Shown: positions 45,059 to 55,361 of the stretch, piece after piece
How the letters are laid out: each line of letters opens with the position of its first letter
Position numbering within the stretch: the stretch's first letter is position 1
DNA from: Planctomycetota bacterium
GTDB taxonomy: Bacteria; Planctomycetota; UBA8108; UBA1146
DNA length: 64,000 bases
Direction of reading: 5' to 3'
NCBI GenBank assembly: GCA_012960845.1
Contig: DUAN01000189.1
Coordinates: forward strand, 2,942-66,941
The notes under the pieces: model-generated
The model's database searches: none
Told to the model about the DNA's origin: nothing
The model's input: only the letters and a program-made list of their open reading frames with translations
Position numbers and translations under genes: made by a program

Positions 45059-46634
45059 CCACTCTGGTTTCCCGAATCAGTGTAATCTTGATCTCCCCGG
45101 GGTAGGTCAACTGGTCTTCAATCTGCTTGGCCACCTCGTGAGCCAATCGAACCGCCTTCTTGTCGTTGACCTTGTGCGCATTGACGAACACTCGCACCTC
45201 GCGGCCCGCTTGAATCGCCTGGGCGTTGGAGACACCCGCAAAGGAATTGACCAGTCCCTCCAGCTTCTCAAGGCGTTCAACATATCGATCGAGGGATTCC
45301 CCTCTCGCACCTGGACGGCTACCGCTGACCGAATCCGCAGCCTGGACCAGTACTGCATAGAGGCTCTCTTGCGGGACATCGTTATGGTGACTGGCGGCAG
45401 AGTTGACGACCTCCTTCGGCTCGTCGAACCTCTTGAGAATGGTCGCTCCGATTTCAGGATGCCCACCCTCGTACTGGTGGTCGACCGCCTTGCCGATGTC
45501 GTGAAATAGCCCACAGCGCTTTGCCAGATCCTGGTCGAGGCCGAACTCGGCAGCAATCATCCCGCAGATCTGAGCACACTCCACAGAATGGGAGAGCATG
45601 TTCTGGCCGTAGGACGTCCGGTACTTGAGTCGCCCCAGCATCGTCACCAGTTTGGGATGCACACCGGGAAGATCGAGGTCATAGGAGACCTGAACACCGG
45701 TCTTCTGGATCTCTTCGTTGAGTGACTTCTTCGCTTCCGCCACCACCTCTTCGATACGACTGGGATGGATCCGACCATCCGCCAGGAGTTTGTTGAGTGA
45801 ACGCCCCCCCATCTCACGCCGTATCGGATCGAAACAGGAGAGAGTGATCACTCCTGGACTATCATCGACGATCACATCGACTCCGGTGGCCTTTTCGAAT
45901 GCACGAATGTTGCGACCCTCACGGCCGATGATCCGACCTTTCATGTCGTCGGACGCAATCTCGACACTGGTGACGGTGGACTCCTGACAGTATGAGGATG
46001 AGATTCGCTGAAGGGTGGAGGCTAGAATATCTCTCGCCTTGGAGTCCGCTGTTTCCTTGACCCGTTCCACCATCCTCTGGATGAGGATATCTCCTTCATG
46101 TTCGACTTCTCGTTCCATCTTCTCGACCAGAGAGATGCGAGCTTCCTCTCGAGTCATGTCAGCAATCCGCTCGAGGCTCTCACGTTCCTGATCGAGGACC
46201 TCCTCCAGTTCTTCTTCTTTGGTGCGGATCTGCTGCTGTCTGTTGGTGAGAATGGTTTCCTCGGATTGGAGGCTGGATTCCTTCTTGGTCAGGAGAGCCA
46301 TCCGGCGCTCCAGACCATCCTCGCGCTTGCCCAGCTGGTTTTCGGACTCCTTGGTCTCATCCCGCAGATCACGTTGCTGCTGGAGGACATCGCTACGCTG
46401 GTGCTTGACCCAATCCTGGGTCTCCTCGCGGGTGTCCTTGCGGATCCTGTCCGCCTCCGCACGGGCTTCATCGAGCAAGACGCGGCGCTCTTCGCGTATT
46501 CGAGCTTGAGATCGTTGGGTCATGATGGCAATCACCACCAATGCAACCACGATCAGCCCCGCAGAGATGAACATCGCATTCTTGGTGGCATCGACCTGCA
46601 ACAGGACCGGAGCCAGTGAAAGTAAATTATACAA
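45042..46634 (-). CDS. rny: ribonuclease Y (N-terminal TM, KH and HD domains); TTG start with GGGAGGAA SD
   Basis: TM AMFISAGLIVVALVVIAIM, KH GREGRNIRAFE, HD HSVECAQICGMIAAEFG...FHDIGK. Confidence 0.9.
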   Translation of the reverse strand: MYNLLSLAPVLLQVDATKNAMFISAGLIVVALVVIAIMTQRSQARIREERRVLLDEARAEADRIRKDTREETQDWVKHQRSDVLQQQRDLRDETKESENQLGKREDGLERRMALLTKKESSLQSEETILTNRQQQIRTKEEELEEVLDQERESLERIADMTREEARISLVEKMEREVEHEGDILIQRMVERVKETADSKARDILASTLQRISSSYCQESTVTSVEIASDDMKGRIIGREGRNIRAFEKATGVDVIVDDSPGVITLSCFDPIRREMGGRSLNKLLADGRIHPSRIEEVVAEAKKSLNEEIQKTGVQVSYDLDLPGVHPKLVTMLGRLKYRTSYGQNMLSHSVECAQICGMIAAEFGLDQDLAKRCGLFHDIGKAVDHQYEGGHPEIGATILKRFDEPKEVVNSAASHHNDVPQESLYAVLVQAADSVSGSRPGARGESLDRYVERLEKLEGLVNSFAGVSNAQAIQAGREVRVFVNAHKVNDKKAVRLAHEVAKQIEDQLTYPGEIKITLIRETRVVEYAR

Positions 46635-46694
46635 CTCATTCCTCCCGCAGAAGGCGCTGCAGGGGAAAGACCAGAGGAAGGCGGCCCCGAGGGG

Positions 46695-47954
46695 CTACTG
46701 CGACAAAACCTCGATACTACGGATTCGGATGAGCCGGGCTCCTGTACTGGGATCCTGTTCTTCAACAGTCCCGACGATACCAACTCTTTTATTCACGTAT
46801 GGATCAAGTTTCAATTTGCCGCCATCAAGGTAGAAGAGGAGTTGATTCCCCTTCATCAACTTGTGTGTCGCCTCGACGTCCCGGTGTTTCCCGAGGGGCA
46901 CGACCCAGCCTACCGCCTGATATTTAACTCCAGGGTTTGTGCTGCGATGTCCCGTCCTTCGCAAAATTTCGTTCTCTTTGGCCTTGGCAAGCTCTCGCTC
47001 GGTCTTGGCCTTTTCCTGTTGCCGCTGGATATCCACCAGACGGCGATGTAATGGCATGAAGTGTTCCTGAATGGTCCTCGAGAGATCTCGGACCACCTCG
47101 ACCTCTCCGATATCTTCACTGGAGTTTTCGATGATTTTCATCTGATCCAGTAACGAACGGAAATTCCAATCAACGGGGTTCTTTTGCGTTTCTGTGCGAA
47201 ACTCTTCGAACAATTTCTTTAGTTTCGTCGACTCGAACGCAGGAATCTTGACCGTGTTTGGATCCAGTACATCCTCGGGTGCTGCTTGGCCTACACCCTG
47301 TCCTGGATCTCCTCCGGCAATCGGTTCAGCATCGGGTTGGTTCCCGACAGGTTTGACCGATCCACTGCTTACGCTGTTTCCGATACTTCGAAGTTGCTGA
47401 TGCTGCCTCGATAGGTGCAGCGCTTGAACCTCTGTCTGATTACGACGGATATAGTCTCCGTGAATCCAAGCATGCGCATTGAGAGGCGCAAATACTTCGA
47501 CCCAGTCTCCGTTTGCATCGGTTTTACCAGTGGGCTTCAATCTTTGCCCCGGCTCGGTCAGACCGAGCGGCGCATGTTTTGTGCCGGCAGAAGCACGAAG
47601 TCTCACACGACTGCCCGTGACACGGAGCGAATCCCCATCCGACGCCAAATAATCACCATGTACCCAGACCGGCCGATCGGCCGGCACCGCTACCTCGACC
47701 CAATCTCCTTGACCACCCAGTGCGATGAGGGGAATCCCTCCGCGCAACTGGAAGAAGGCAAGATGATTGGTAGAAGGACCGGTTCTGATATTGACCACAC
47801 TCCCCGTCACTTCACCCATCCAGGGTTGAAGAGTCGGTTGTCCCCGCACCGGATCGTCCTGAGCGTGGATCGAAGTTCCGATCAGCAGCAGCAGGGAAAC
47901 GACTCCGACGGAGCATCTGACCATCGATCCGAAATTTGAAAAGGAGGACTTCAT
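46695..47954 (-). CDS. secreted protein with tandem bacterial SH3 (SH3b) domains; start set at MKSSFSNFGSMVRCSVGVVSLLLLIGTSIHA
   Basis: Repeated G..V.VR.GPST......L..G..V...G..GDWVEV....DR.GWIHGDYL SH3b-like units. Confidence 0.6.
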   Translation of the reverse strand: MKSSFSNFGSMVRCSVGVVSLLLLIGTSIHAQDDPVRGQPTLQPWMGEVTGSVVNIRTGPSTNHLAFFQLRGGIPLIALGGQGDWVEVAVPADRPVWVHGDYLASDGDSLRVTGSRVRLRASAGTKHAPLGLTEPGQRLKPTGKTDANGDWVEVFAPLNAHAWIHGDYIRRNQTEVQALHLSRQHQQLRSIGNSVSSGSVKPVGNQPDAEPIAGGDPGQGVGQAAPEDVLDPNTVKIPAFESTKLKKLFEEFRTETQKNPVDWNFRSLLDQMKIIENSSEDIGEVEVVRDLSRTIQEHFMPLHRRLVDIQRQQEKAKTERELAKAKENEILRRTGHRSTNPGVKYQAVGWVVPLGKHRDVEATHKLMKGNQLLFYLDGGKLKLDPYVNKRVGIVGTVEEQDPSTGARLIRIRSIEVLSQ

Positions 47955-48042
47955 CGCCTTGGTATCGATACTGTTCGAGTTATCTCTCGAGTCCAGTGCA
48001 ACAGATGTTGAGATATCCGTAGTCGATGAGTCTTTCATTCGT

Positions 48043-48112
48043 GCGGCATTCATAGATGCGGAATTCATTGATGCGAAATTCAACTGTCCTGCGTATTCGA
48101 CTGCGTATTGGA
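48043..48112. repeat. direct repeats in 430-bp AT-richer intergenic region (15-nt unit GCGGCATTCATAGAT x ~3; 12-nt unit CTGCGTATTCGA x2)
   Basis: Read directly from sequence. Confidence 0.5.
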
Positions 48113-48383
48113 TGGTGATCCTCCTTCCCCTTTTCTTGCGGGTGTACTTCGACACCCACTCGGTCCAAAACTCCCGATCCATCGGTCGATGGTTGGTAGC
48201 GTTTCAGACCCGAAGATTTCTGGGCCCAAAAATATCAATCAGGCCACCAAGAGAGGTTTGATCCTATGTGGAGAGGCGCTGCCTGTCAACGCAGCCCACC
48301 CATCTCGGAGCACGAATCCTCTGACAGGTGCAAGTGATGTCCCAGATGAGGTCGAGGGGCATGCATTGGTGGATTCCACCGAG

Positions 48384-49274
48384 TCAGTCGGAGCGGATCA
48401 GAAGCAATTCGCCGATCCGGCAACTCTGAGCCGCTGCGGTGACAGGGCACTTGGCCCTGATCAGGAAAAAGACCGGCAATCCGCTGGAAGCCAGGGTCTG
48501 GTGATGGGAAGACCCCTTGGCGATGATCAAATCGGCCTGATCCATCCGTTTTCGTAGCGGTTCAGTCACTTCGTCCGAAAGCAAACCCAGACTTTCTCCA
48601 GGCGAGGTAAAGAGCTCATCCGCACCTTGTTCTCCGACCAGACCGACTCGATCCGCGTCTTCCTGACACGCTTTCAGCAGCATCGGAGATTCACAGAGGA
48701 CGCTGGTGACCTGCAGCCCGGTGCGAGCCTTTTTTAACTGTTCCAGCAGGACCAGATCTGCCGGCAATTCAGGCGCAGTATCATGGATGAACAACAGCCT
48801 GGAGGCCCCGGAGACGATCCGATCGAGCGAATTCCGCTCATCGTGGACAAATTCGGTATCTGCCACGTCGCCCGCTCGCATCCCCAATTTCCTCAGATCT
48901 TCGCGGATCGCCTTCGACTGGAGGATCTCATTGGCGAATACATTACAGCGCGCAGAGAGCAGAAGTGCCCGCCCCAGCGGATCTGGCGACTCCGCTACCT
49001 GCTGGCGCATCCCGGGCAACGCCTCCAGCATCTCGGCAGACCAGCGTTCCCGCAGTTCTCTCCACGGGTCGCCCGACCCCAGCACCGAATGGACCCTTTT
49101 GAGCAGGCCCCCGACCATCTCGGCAGGAGACTGGCTCGTTTCCGATTCGTGGAGGATTCTCATCGATTCATCGACCACTTTCTGCTGCAGCCAATCATCA
49201 TCACTGATGCGTTCTGCAGTACAGAGTGCTCTTCGAAGAGCGCAGGGGTAGCACTGTGGTACGAAGCGAGACAA
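48384..49274 (-). CDS. DUF89/ARMT1-like (damage-control phosphatase) family protein, tentative
   Basis: N-terminal CYPCALR motif and overall ~290-aa architecture reminiscent of DUF89; not confirmed. Confidence 0.45.
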   Translation of the reverse strand: MSRFVPQCYPCALRRALCTAERISDDDWLQQKVVDESMRILHESETSQSPAEMVGGLLKRVHSVLGSGDPWRELRERWSAEMLEALPGMRQQVAESPDPLGRALLLSARCNVFANEILQSKAIREDLRKLGMRAGDVADTEFVHDERNSLDRIVSGASRLLFIHDTAPELPADLVLLEQLKKARTGLQVTSVLCESPMLLKACQEDADRVGLVGEQGADELFTSPGESLGLLSDEVTEPLRKRMDQADLIIAKGSSHHQTLASSGLPVFFLIRAKCPVTAAAQSCRIGELLLIRSD

Positions 49275-49277
49275 GGG

Positions 49278-50192
49278 TCAGTAACCCGTCTGGAATTTCT
49301 GGAGTTCATCCGAGGTGAACACCATCTTGGTCGGGAAAGCATCGCGGAATCGAACACCCTGGTGTGGTCGAAGTACCTGGATTTCTCGCAGCGCAGATCG
49401 AGCGGCGTCGAGATTTTCGAAAGGCCCGACGAAGACGCTGAAGAATCGTTTCCCGGCGCCCGATTCGCTGATACGAACTCGTGCTCTCGCCGTGGTCAAT
49501 CCGGAGTCGACATACTGAACCAGTTTGTCGATCACCGCAGGGTCCTTGCTGAGGTGCTGTCCAATCCACACCGCATAAAGACTTTGCTGCGGCGGAACCA
49601 TCACCACATCCGCAATCGAAGCCACTGCAGGGACCACGTTCGCATCGGCTGCAGGGTCGGTGGCACTGGGAGCGACCGCCTGCTGGAGGATGTTTCGGAT
49701 GGCAGGACGACCTCCCGGTTCCGGATCGAGCAACGGCCAGCTGGAACCATCGCTCAGGGGCGTCCGGTCCATCTCAGCGATTCCTGCGGGTTCTTGCACC
49801 GGAGCAGTGCTGTTACCGGACATGTAAGCGAGCGTCATCAATAACAGAGCGGCGATCCCGAAAACTAGCAGGGTGGCACGACGGATTTCGACGGTTTCTG
49901 TCCAAAAGGTGTCTCTTGTCGGGGGCAAGCGGTCAATTTCTCCGGAGGAATTCGCCGCCGGGATCTCTGGCAATTGGCGAGTTTGGGGAATCTGCTTGGC
50001 CCGATCATCGAAATCGACCCGTCGGCGAGAACCAGAGCCAAGGGGGGCTACTGGATCCGGAGATGTCGATGAGGGTTGGGAAGTGTCCGAGGCGGATTCC
50101 GTCTGTATTGAACCGGTGGGCTCCCGCGATGGGGGCAAATTTCTCTGATCACGGAGCATTTCAAACATGCTCGATTCATCTCTACGTCCCAA
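49278..50192 (-). CDS. membrane protein with C-terminal SPOR (peptidoglycan-binding) domain
   Basis: TM ATLLVFGIAALLLMTLAYM; C-terminal FSVFVGPFENLDAARSALREI SPOR-like motif. Confidence 0.55.
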   Translation of the reverse strand: MGRRDESSMFEMLRDQRNLPPSREPTGSIQTESASDTSQPSSTSPDPVAPLGSGSRRRVDFDDRAKQIPQTRQLPEIPAANSSGEIDRLPPTRDTFWTETVEIRRATLLVFGIAALLLMTLAYMSGNSTAPVQEPAGIAEMDRTPLSDGSSWPLLDPEPGGRPAIRNILQQAVAPSATDPAADANVVPAVASIADVVMVPPQQSLYAVWIGQHLSKDPAVIDKLVQYVDSGLTTARARVRISESGAGKRFFSVFVGPFENLDAARSALREIQVLRPHQGVRFRDAFPTKMVFTSDELQKFQTGY

Positions 50193-50350
50193 GGTTCCCC
50201 CCTTATGATCTCACGGCATGTACCTCAGGGAGAATAGGTGAGCAAAGCGGGTCGGTCAAGAAGCGTGCGTTGCGTTGTCGCGAATCGGACTTCATCATGG
50301 AGGCCATGGTCCCACCTTTGAGTTCCACGACATCCTCGGGAAGGGAGTCG

Positions 50351-51733
50351 ATGAAAATCGTAGCCAGATCGAATTGGGCCACAGCCAGGAAATTGGTGCT
50401 GGCACTTGGCCTGATCCTCCCCCATTCCGGGATCCACGGATCCGTGGAATCCTCTCCTTATTCGGAACCCCTCCATCTGAAATCCCTCCAACTGAAATCA
50501 AGTGGTACGGAGCCACGCAGTATAACTGCCCATCGATCCAATTCGCTGCCACCGGATGCCGGTGGGAGCGAGGTCGGTGGGATCGCTGGCGGTGGGATCG
50601 ACGTGGTGATCGAAACGGTCCTGGGCGAGATCAAAGCTCCTCATCCGACCTTCAGTGGCGATCTGACGGGCATAGAAGTGGCCGGAAGTACGGTGGAGAT
50701 GCGCGACATCCTGTCGATTCGATTCCCCTCTCACCAGTTCCAACGGCAACCCAGGGAGCAGATCCTGCTGCGCAATGGAACCCTCTGGAGGGGAGATCTG
50801 AAGCGAGACGGCGATCCGGGTGGAGAAACGATCCAGTGGAAAAGCCCCTCGCTGCCGGCACCGATGATGATCTCCCTGGAAGATCTGGCGGAATACCGGA
50901 CCCATCAATCCCCTGCGACTCCCTTCCCCGATCCGATCGCCGATTCTGACCAGTTGCTGACCAGTGACGGGGCGCTGCTGACCGGGATTCTCGAGTCGCT
51001 GCGGGTCGAAGGGGTGCTCTTTGATGATCCTTCGCTGGGGCCCCTGACAATTCCCTGGTCCAAATTGTTCGCCTTCCGCCTGATCGAGATTCCGACAGAT
51101 CGGCCCCCACCGACCGACCATCAGTTGCCGGTGCGAGTACAGACGGTCGCAGGAAGCGAGATTTACGGCGCACTGCTCCAACTGGATCCGACTTCTCTGA
51201 GACTGCGACAGTCCGATCGGCAGGAACTCGCCATCCCCATCTCTCAGGTGGTGCAGATCCATTTTGAACTGGAGCGGATCATCCCCCTGACCCAGCGGCC
51301 ACCGCTGAAAGTCGATGAAGGTCTTCCCCAATCGGACTGGTTCCCCTGGACCTGGAGGAAAGATCTCAATGTGCTGGGACAGCCGCTCAAGATCGGGGCC
51401 CGACAATTTGCTTCAGGAATCGGCGTCCATTCCCGTAGCCACCTGACCTTTTCGGTCGAAGAGGGAGATCGAACCCTGGTCGGAATCGCCGGGATCGACG
51501 CCAGCAGTCGTCCGCCCGATGAGGAGCCGGGGATCGGCTGTGCCGACTTCTCCATCCTGGTCGATGGAGAGATGAAGTTCGATGGCGGCACCCTGTCCTG
51601 GAAGGATCCTGGCGTCGATTTCAGGATCGACCTGACGGGTGCGAAGAAGTTCACCCTGAGGGTCGACCTCGGTCCAGGACATCACATCCTCGACCGCGCC
51701 AACTGGGCGATGATCCGCATCATCCGCGACTAG
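50351..51733 (+). CDS. secreted protein with C-terminal NPCBM/discoidin-like carbohydrate-binding-like domain; start at MKIVARSNWATARKLVLALGL
   Basis: Signal peptide; C-terminal LKIGARQFASGIGVHSRSHLTF...ADFSILVDGEMKFDGG...ANWAMIRI pattern; upstream 49916..50350 extension overlaps opposite-strand SPOR gene. Confidence 0.55.
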   Translation: MKIVARSNWATARKLVLALGLILPHSGIHGSVESSPYSEPLHLKSLQLKSSGTEPRSITAHRSNSLPPDAGGSEVGGIAGGGIDVVIETVLGEIKAPHPTFSGDLTGIEVAGSTVEMRDILSIRFPSHQFQRQPREQILLRNGTLWRGDLKRDGDPGGETIQWKSPSLPAPMMISLEDLAEYRTHQSPATPFPDPIADSDQLLTSDGALLTGILESLRVEGVLFDDPSLGPLTIPWSKLFAFRLIEIPTDRPPPTDHQLPVRVQTVAGSEIYGALLQLDPTSLRLRQSDRQELAIPISQVVQIHFELERIIPLTQRPPLKVDEGLPQSDWFPWTWRKDLNVLGQPLKIGARQFASGIGVHSRSHLTFSVEEGDRTLVGIAGIDASSRPPDEEPGIGCADFSILVDGEMKFDGGTLSWKDPGVDFRIDLTGAKKFTLRVDLGPGHHILDRANWAMIRIIRD

Positions 51734-51860
51734 CAAGGCACCTGCAGTATCGTGCGGCTCGTACCGTGCTACTCGTACCGTGCGAGACGGCCACGAAAAA
51801 GCCCCTGCTACCGATTCCAGGTAGCAGAGGCTTGTCGATGGGTGAGACGCTGAAGAAGGA

Positions 51861-53456
51861 TCAGTCTCCCGGATTATCGGGATTCAACTTGTTATCCACC
51901 TTCATGTCGGTGTAGGTGCCGCCAGTCTCCTCGGCGAGCCTTTTCAACCAGCTGTTGGCCTGGGCCAAGCCCGGCATCTGTTGCCCCCCCTGAGTGAAGG
52001 GGTGAAAGCCAAAACAATGGATCTTGATCTTGCGGAACCGGTTCAACTCGAAAACCTTGTCGAGAATCGGACTGGTCGGGTCCTTTACCTTGCCATCCTT
52101 TGATGGAAGTCCATCAGAGAGGAAGAAGATGGTGTTGGTTCGTGGATCCTGCATGAACGCCTCGACCAGTGCGTCCAGGGTGTTGGTATTGCCGTTGTGC
52201 TTGATTCCATCGACCCACTTCAAAGCCGACCTCTTGTTGCCGGTGCTGGCGGGAGTCGCCTTCTTCTTGAACTTGCTGACGGTGGTGTCGAAGCGGACGC
52301 AATTGAAGGCTGCATCCTTCGACATCTTCTTCAGCACCTTGCGCAATTCTCGCTTGGCCATCTCCATCCGGCTCCAGAACTTGGCGAGACGGATCTGTTC
52401 CTGGGTCATCTGACCACCACCGGAGGATCCTCCCCCGTCGGAGCCGTCTCCTCGACCGAGCCCAGGAATATCATCCTTGTGGACATACCGCATCGATCCG
52501 GAGGTATCGATGACGAAGACGATGTTCTTTGACTCGACCGGAACGCCCCAGAATTCGGGGTCATTACCACGGCGCTTGCGCTTGACTCCGGTCTTTCCGT
52601 CGTGGGTCTCCTCCATCGGGTCAAAGGTGTCCTGACGCGGCTCCCACCACGAGTGCCACTCCTCGATCAGATCGAAGTCCTGTCCGGTCAACTCCCACAG
52701 TGAATCTCGCACCTGGTGGTAGAGCACGTCCTTGCGTTTCTTGACCAGCTTCTCCAGCAGTTTGATCATCGGTTCGACGCCGATGGCACTCTGGCTCTTG
52801 CGAAAACCCTCCACCGCAGCTCCCTGGACAAAGGCGGACTTGTCCTCGAGAAAGGAGCACAGCAGTTTCAAGGCGTCGTCATTGTCGATCCCTCGCAGCC
52901 GCTGCAATTGCTTTTTCAGTGCCTCTTGCTGCTGCTTCAACCGATCGGGAATCCCTGGATCGGCACCGGGAGGCAATCCATCATCTTCGATCTCCTGGAG
53001 CCTCTTGCCCAGTTTCATGATCTCGTCATTGATCTTCCCGCGCTTGTTTGTGGGGAAGGAGAGGATGTCGGTCAGATAGACGCGCTCGCGGAAATCGCTT
53101 TTGCTGCGCAGTTTTTTGTAACGTTCGGTGATGAAATCGACGCAACCATCCATACGAGACAGTTCCTCACAGATGGTGCTGTAGACCGTTGGATTCCGTC
53201 CATCCTTGAAGCCCAGATCGTACAGCGTATCGACCGAATCCTCGGTACCGTAGGCAGCGATCTGCCGGACGATATCGATGGCGTTATCGGTGTTCTCGCC
53301 CTGGAGCGCCCTGCGAAAGCTCTTGGCCAGTTTCTTGATCTCTTTCGAATCGGCAGCACTGGACGCTTCCAGCACGGCGAAGGAAAAGATTCCGCACACC
53401 ATTGTGATCCACAGAAGAGCCAGTGAACCTCTGGTTGTACGATTTTGGTAGATCAT
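51861..53456 (-). CDS. secreted HEAT-repeat / VWA (MIDAS) domain protein, paralog of 1250..3079; start at MIYQNRTTRGSLALLWITMVCGIF with GGAGGA SD
   Basis: HEAT-like repeats, WHSWWEP motif, VWA NIVFVIDTSGSM, TIFFLSDGLPS. Confidence 0.75.
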   Translation of the reverse strand: MIYQNRTTRGSLALLWITMVCGIFSFAVLEASSAADSKEIKKLAKSFRRALQGENTDNAIDIVRQIAAYGTEDSVDTLYDLGFKDGRNPTVYSTICEELSRMDGCVDFITERYKKLRSKSDFRERVYLTDILSFPTNKRGKINDEIMKLGKRLQEIEDDGLPPGADPGIPDRLKQQQEALKKQLQRLRGIDNDDALKLLCSFLEDKSAFVQGAAVEGFRKSQSAIGVEPMIKLLEKLVKKRKDVLYHQVRDSLWELTGQDFDLIEEWHSWWEPRQDTFDPMEETHDGKTGVKRKRRGNDPEFWGVPVESKNIVFVIDTSGSMRYVHKDDIPGLGRGDGSDGGGSSGGGQMTQEQIRLAKFWSRMEMAKRELRKVLKKMSKDAAFNCVRFDTTVSKFKKKATPASTGNKRSALKWVDGIKHNGNTNTLDALVEAFMQDPRTNTIFFLSDGLPSKDGKVKDPTSPILDKVFELNRFRKIKIHCFGFHPFTQGGQQMPGLAQANSWLKRLAEETGGTYTDMKVDNKLNPDNPGD

Positions 53457-53684
53457 GATTCCTCCATCGGCACCCTTGGCGGGGTGCTCTCTTGACGAAT
53501 GAGACTCGCGATCGGGACTGGATCGGAGTACGGGCCCAGGAAGCCACCTTCCGGGCACTCTCAAGGTATCATGCCTCCTTCTTCAGTTCCATCGTCTAGG
53601 ATCTGGAGGAATATGGGCTTATGGGTGACGAATTGGCTCGATTTGCTTATCTTGGACCAACACCAACATGCCCTGGAGGAACAG

Positions 53685-54449
53685 ATGTCCCAGCACCAAG
53701 ACGACACCGATCGCCAGTACCATATCGGTCTCTCCCGGGGAGATGCCGCAGCAAAGATCTTGCTCGCCGGAGATCCCGAACGAGTGCGACGCAGCGCCGC
53801 TCGACTCGATAGTATCGAGGGCGAATGGAGCTGTCGCGAATATCTGACCATCACCGGAGAATGGCGTGGTGAGCGGGTGACCCTGATGGCCACCGGCATC
53901 GGCGCCAGCAACATCGAGATCGCGATGGTCGAACTGGCCGCCATCGTCGACGATCCGGTACTGATCCGAGCAGGCTCCTGTGGCGGTATAGACCCGAAGA
54001 TTCAGCTGGGTGATCTGGTGGTCAGCTGGGGGGCGGTACGGATGGAGAATACCTCCACCACCTTCGTTCCCGAGGGTTACCCCAGCGTCTCTCATCCGGA
54101 TGTGATCCAGGCACTACTGCAGCAAGCGCGCCAGAAGGAGTACCCGGTCCACCTCGGGATCACCGCCACCGCACCCGGTTTCTACGGCGCCCAGGGGCGA
54201 AATGTGAATGGATTCCCTCCACGCCACCCCGACGTGATCGAGGAGCTGGCCCGCATCGGTGTCGCCAACATGGAGATGGAGGCTTCGGCGCTCTTCACAC
54301 TGGCCTCGGTGAAGGGATGGAGAGCGGGGTGCGTTTGCACCGTCTTTGGCCGTCGACATCACGATGAATTTGTCCCGGTCGCCGAAAAACCGGCACTGGA
54401 AGATCGCTGCGTCGAGGTGGCACTCGACGCACTGCTGAGCATCGACTGA
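53685..54449 (+). CDS. udp: uridine phosphorylase
   Basis: Strong similarity to E. coli Udp: YHIGLSRGD...ILLAGDPERV...TGIGASNIEIAMVELAA...RAGSCGGI...NMEMEASALFTLA; GGAGGA SD 7 nt upstream of chosen ATG. Confidence 0.85.
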   Translation: MSQHQDDTDRQYHIGLSRGDAAAKILLAGDPERVRRSAARLDSIEGEWSCREYLTITGEWRGERVTLMATGIGASNIEIAMVELAAIVDDPVLIRAGSCGGIDPKIQLGDLVVSWGAVRMENTSTTFVPEGYPSVSHPDVIQALLQQARQKEYPVHLGITATAPGFYGAQGRNVNGFPPRHPDVIEELARIGVANMEMEASALFTLASVKGWRAGCVCTVFGRRHHDEFVPVAEKPALEDRCVEVALDALLSID

Positions 54450-54458
54450 GACGAGGGA

Positions 54459-55361
54459 TTACCCGGGTTTGACCTGCGGCGGATCGGGGTCCAGCGTAGA
54501 GATGGCCGCATCCACGATCCGCAGCAATCGTCCGCGCGATCTGCGCCCCGTCTCCATCACCTCTTCATGACTCAGCGGCTGCCCCGACATCCCCGCCGCC
54601 AGGTTGGTCACCAGCGAAAATCCTTGTACACGAAGGCGGCAATCCACCGCCACCATCGCTTCCTGGATGGTCGACATGCCGACCAGGTCTGCGCCGAGTT
54701 TGCGCAGCATCCGCACCTCCGCAGGGGTCTCGTAGGTGGGTCCTGGCAGACCTGCGTAATTTCCACGGGGGAAGCCATCGCTCGCTCCAGCATCGGAATC
54801 GTTGCGATAGCACAACTCGGTTCGATCGATCCAGTGCTGGTCGAAGAGACTGGCCTGCTGGCGGATCCGCGAGGCGGCCTCGATTCCCATCCTCGGTGTC
54901 ACCCCCTGCAGGTTGATATGATCCTCGATGGCGACCACTTCTCCGGGACTCCAGCCCTCACGGATGCCACCGGCGGCATTGGTCAGGATCAATCCTCGGG
55001 CACCGAGGGCTGCGAGTACGCGGATTCCCCGCACCACCTCTTCCACATCGTATCCCTCATACAGATGAACCCGGCCACCGAGCAGAAGTATCGTCGATCC
55101 TCCGACCTCGCCGAGGATCCACTCACCCCCATGCCCGGCCACCGAGGGAGCTGGCATCCCGGGAATGTCGCGAACTGCAATGCGGCAATATTCAGTCCAG
55201 CCATCGGCGGGAAACTGGATCCCGGAACCGAGCACGATCCCCACATCGGGACCGACTTCCGACCAGTCCTGCTCGCCATCGTGCGTCAGTTCGTGCGCCA
55301 ACTCGCACCACTGATCGCGAATCCATCGACAAGCCGCCTCGACATCGAATCGTTCCGTCAT
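54459..55361 (-). CDS. punA: purine nucleoside phosphorylase (PunA/PNP-I family)
   Basis: HLYEGY, LILTNAAGG, EDHINL, GLPGPTYETPAE, GADLVGMSTIQEAMVA, FSLVTN motifs. Confidence 0.8.
   Translation of the reverse strand: MTERFDVEAACRWIRDQWCELAHELTHDGEQDWSEVGPDVGIVLGSGIQFPADGWTEYCRIAVRDIPGMPAPSVAGHGGEWILGEVGGSTILLLGGRVHLYEGYDVEEVVRGIRVLAALGARGLILTNAAGGIREGWSPGEVVAIEDHINLQGVTPRMGIEAASRIRQQASLFDQHWIDRTELCYRNDSDAGASDGFPRGNYAGLPGPTYETPAEVRMLRKLGADLVGMSTIQEAMVAVDCRLRVQGFSLVTNLAAGMSGQPLSHEEVMETGRRSRGRLLRIVDAAISTLDPDPPQVKPG

Noticed and set aside
48783-49844. 353-aa + strand ORF
   Set aside because: Antisense to the DUF89-like and SPOR-domain genes, which have better domain support and operon context
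49916-50350. N-terminal 145-aa extension of the NPCBM-like ORF
   Set aside because: Overlaps the opposite-strand SPOR gene; a signal peptide begins at the internal Met (50351), so the extension is probably not translated
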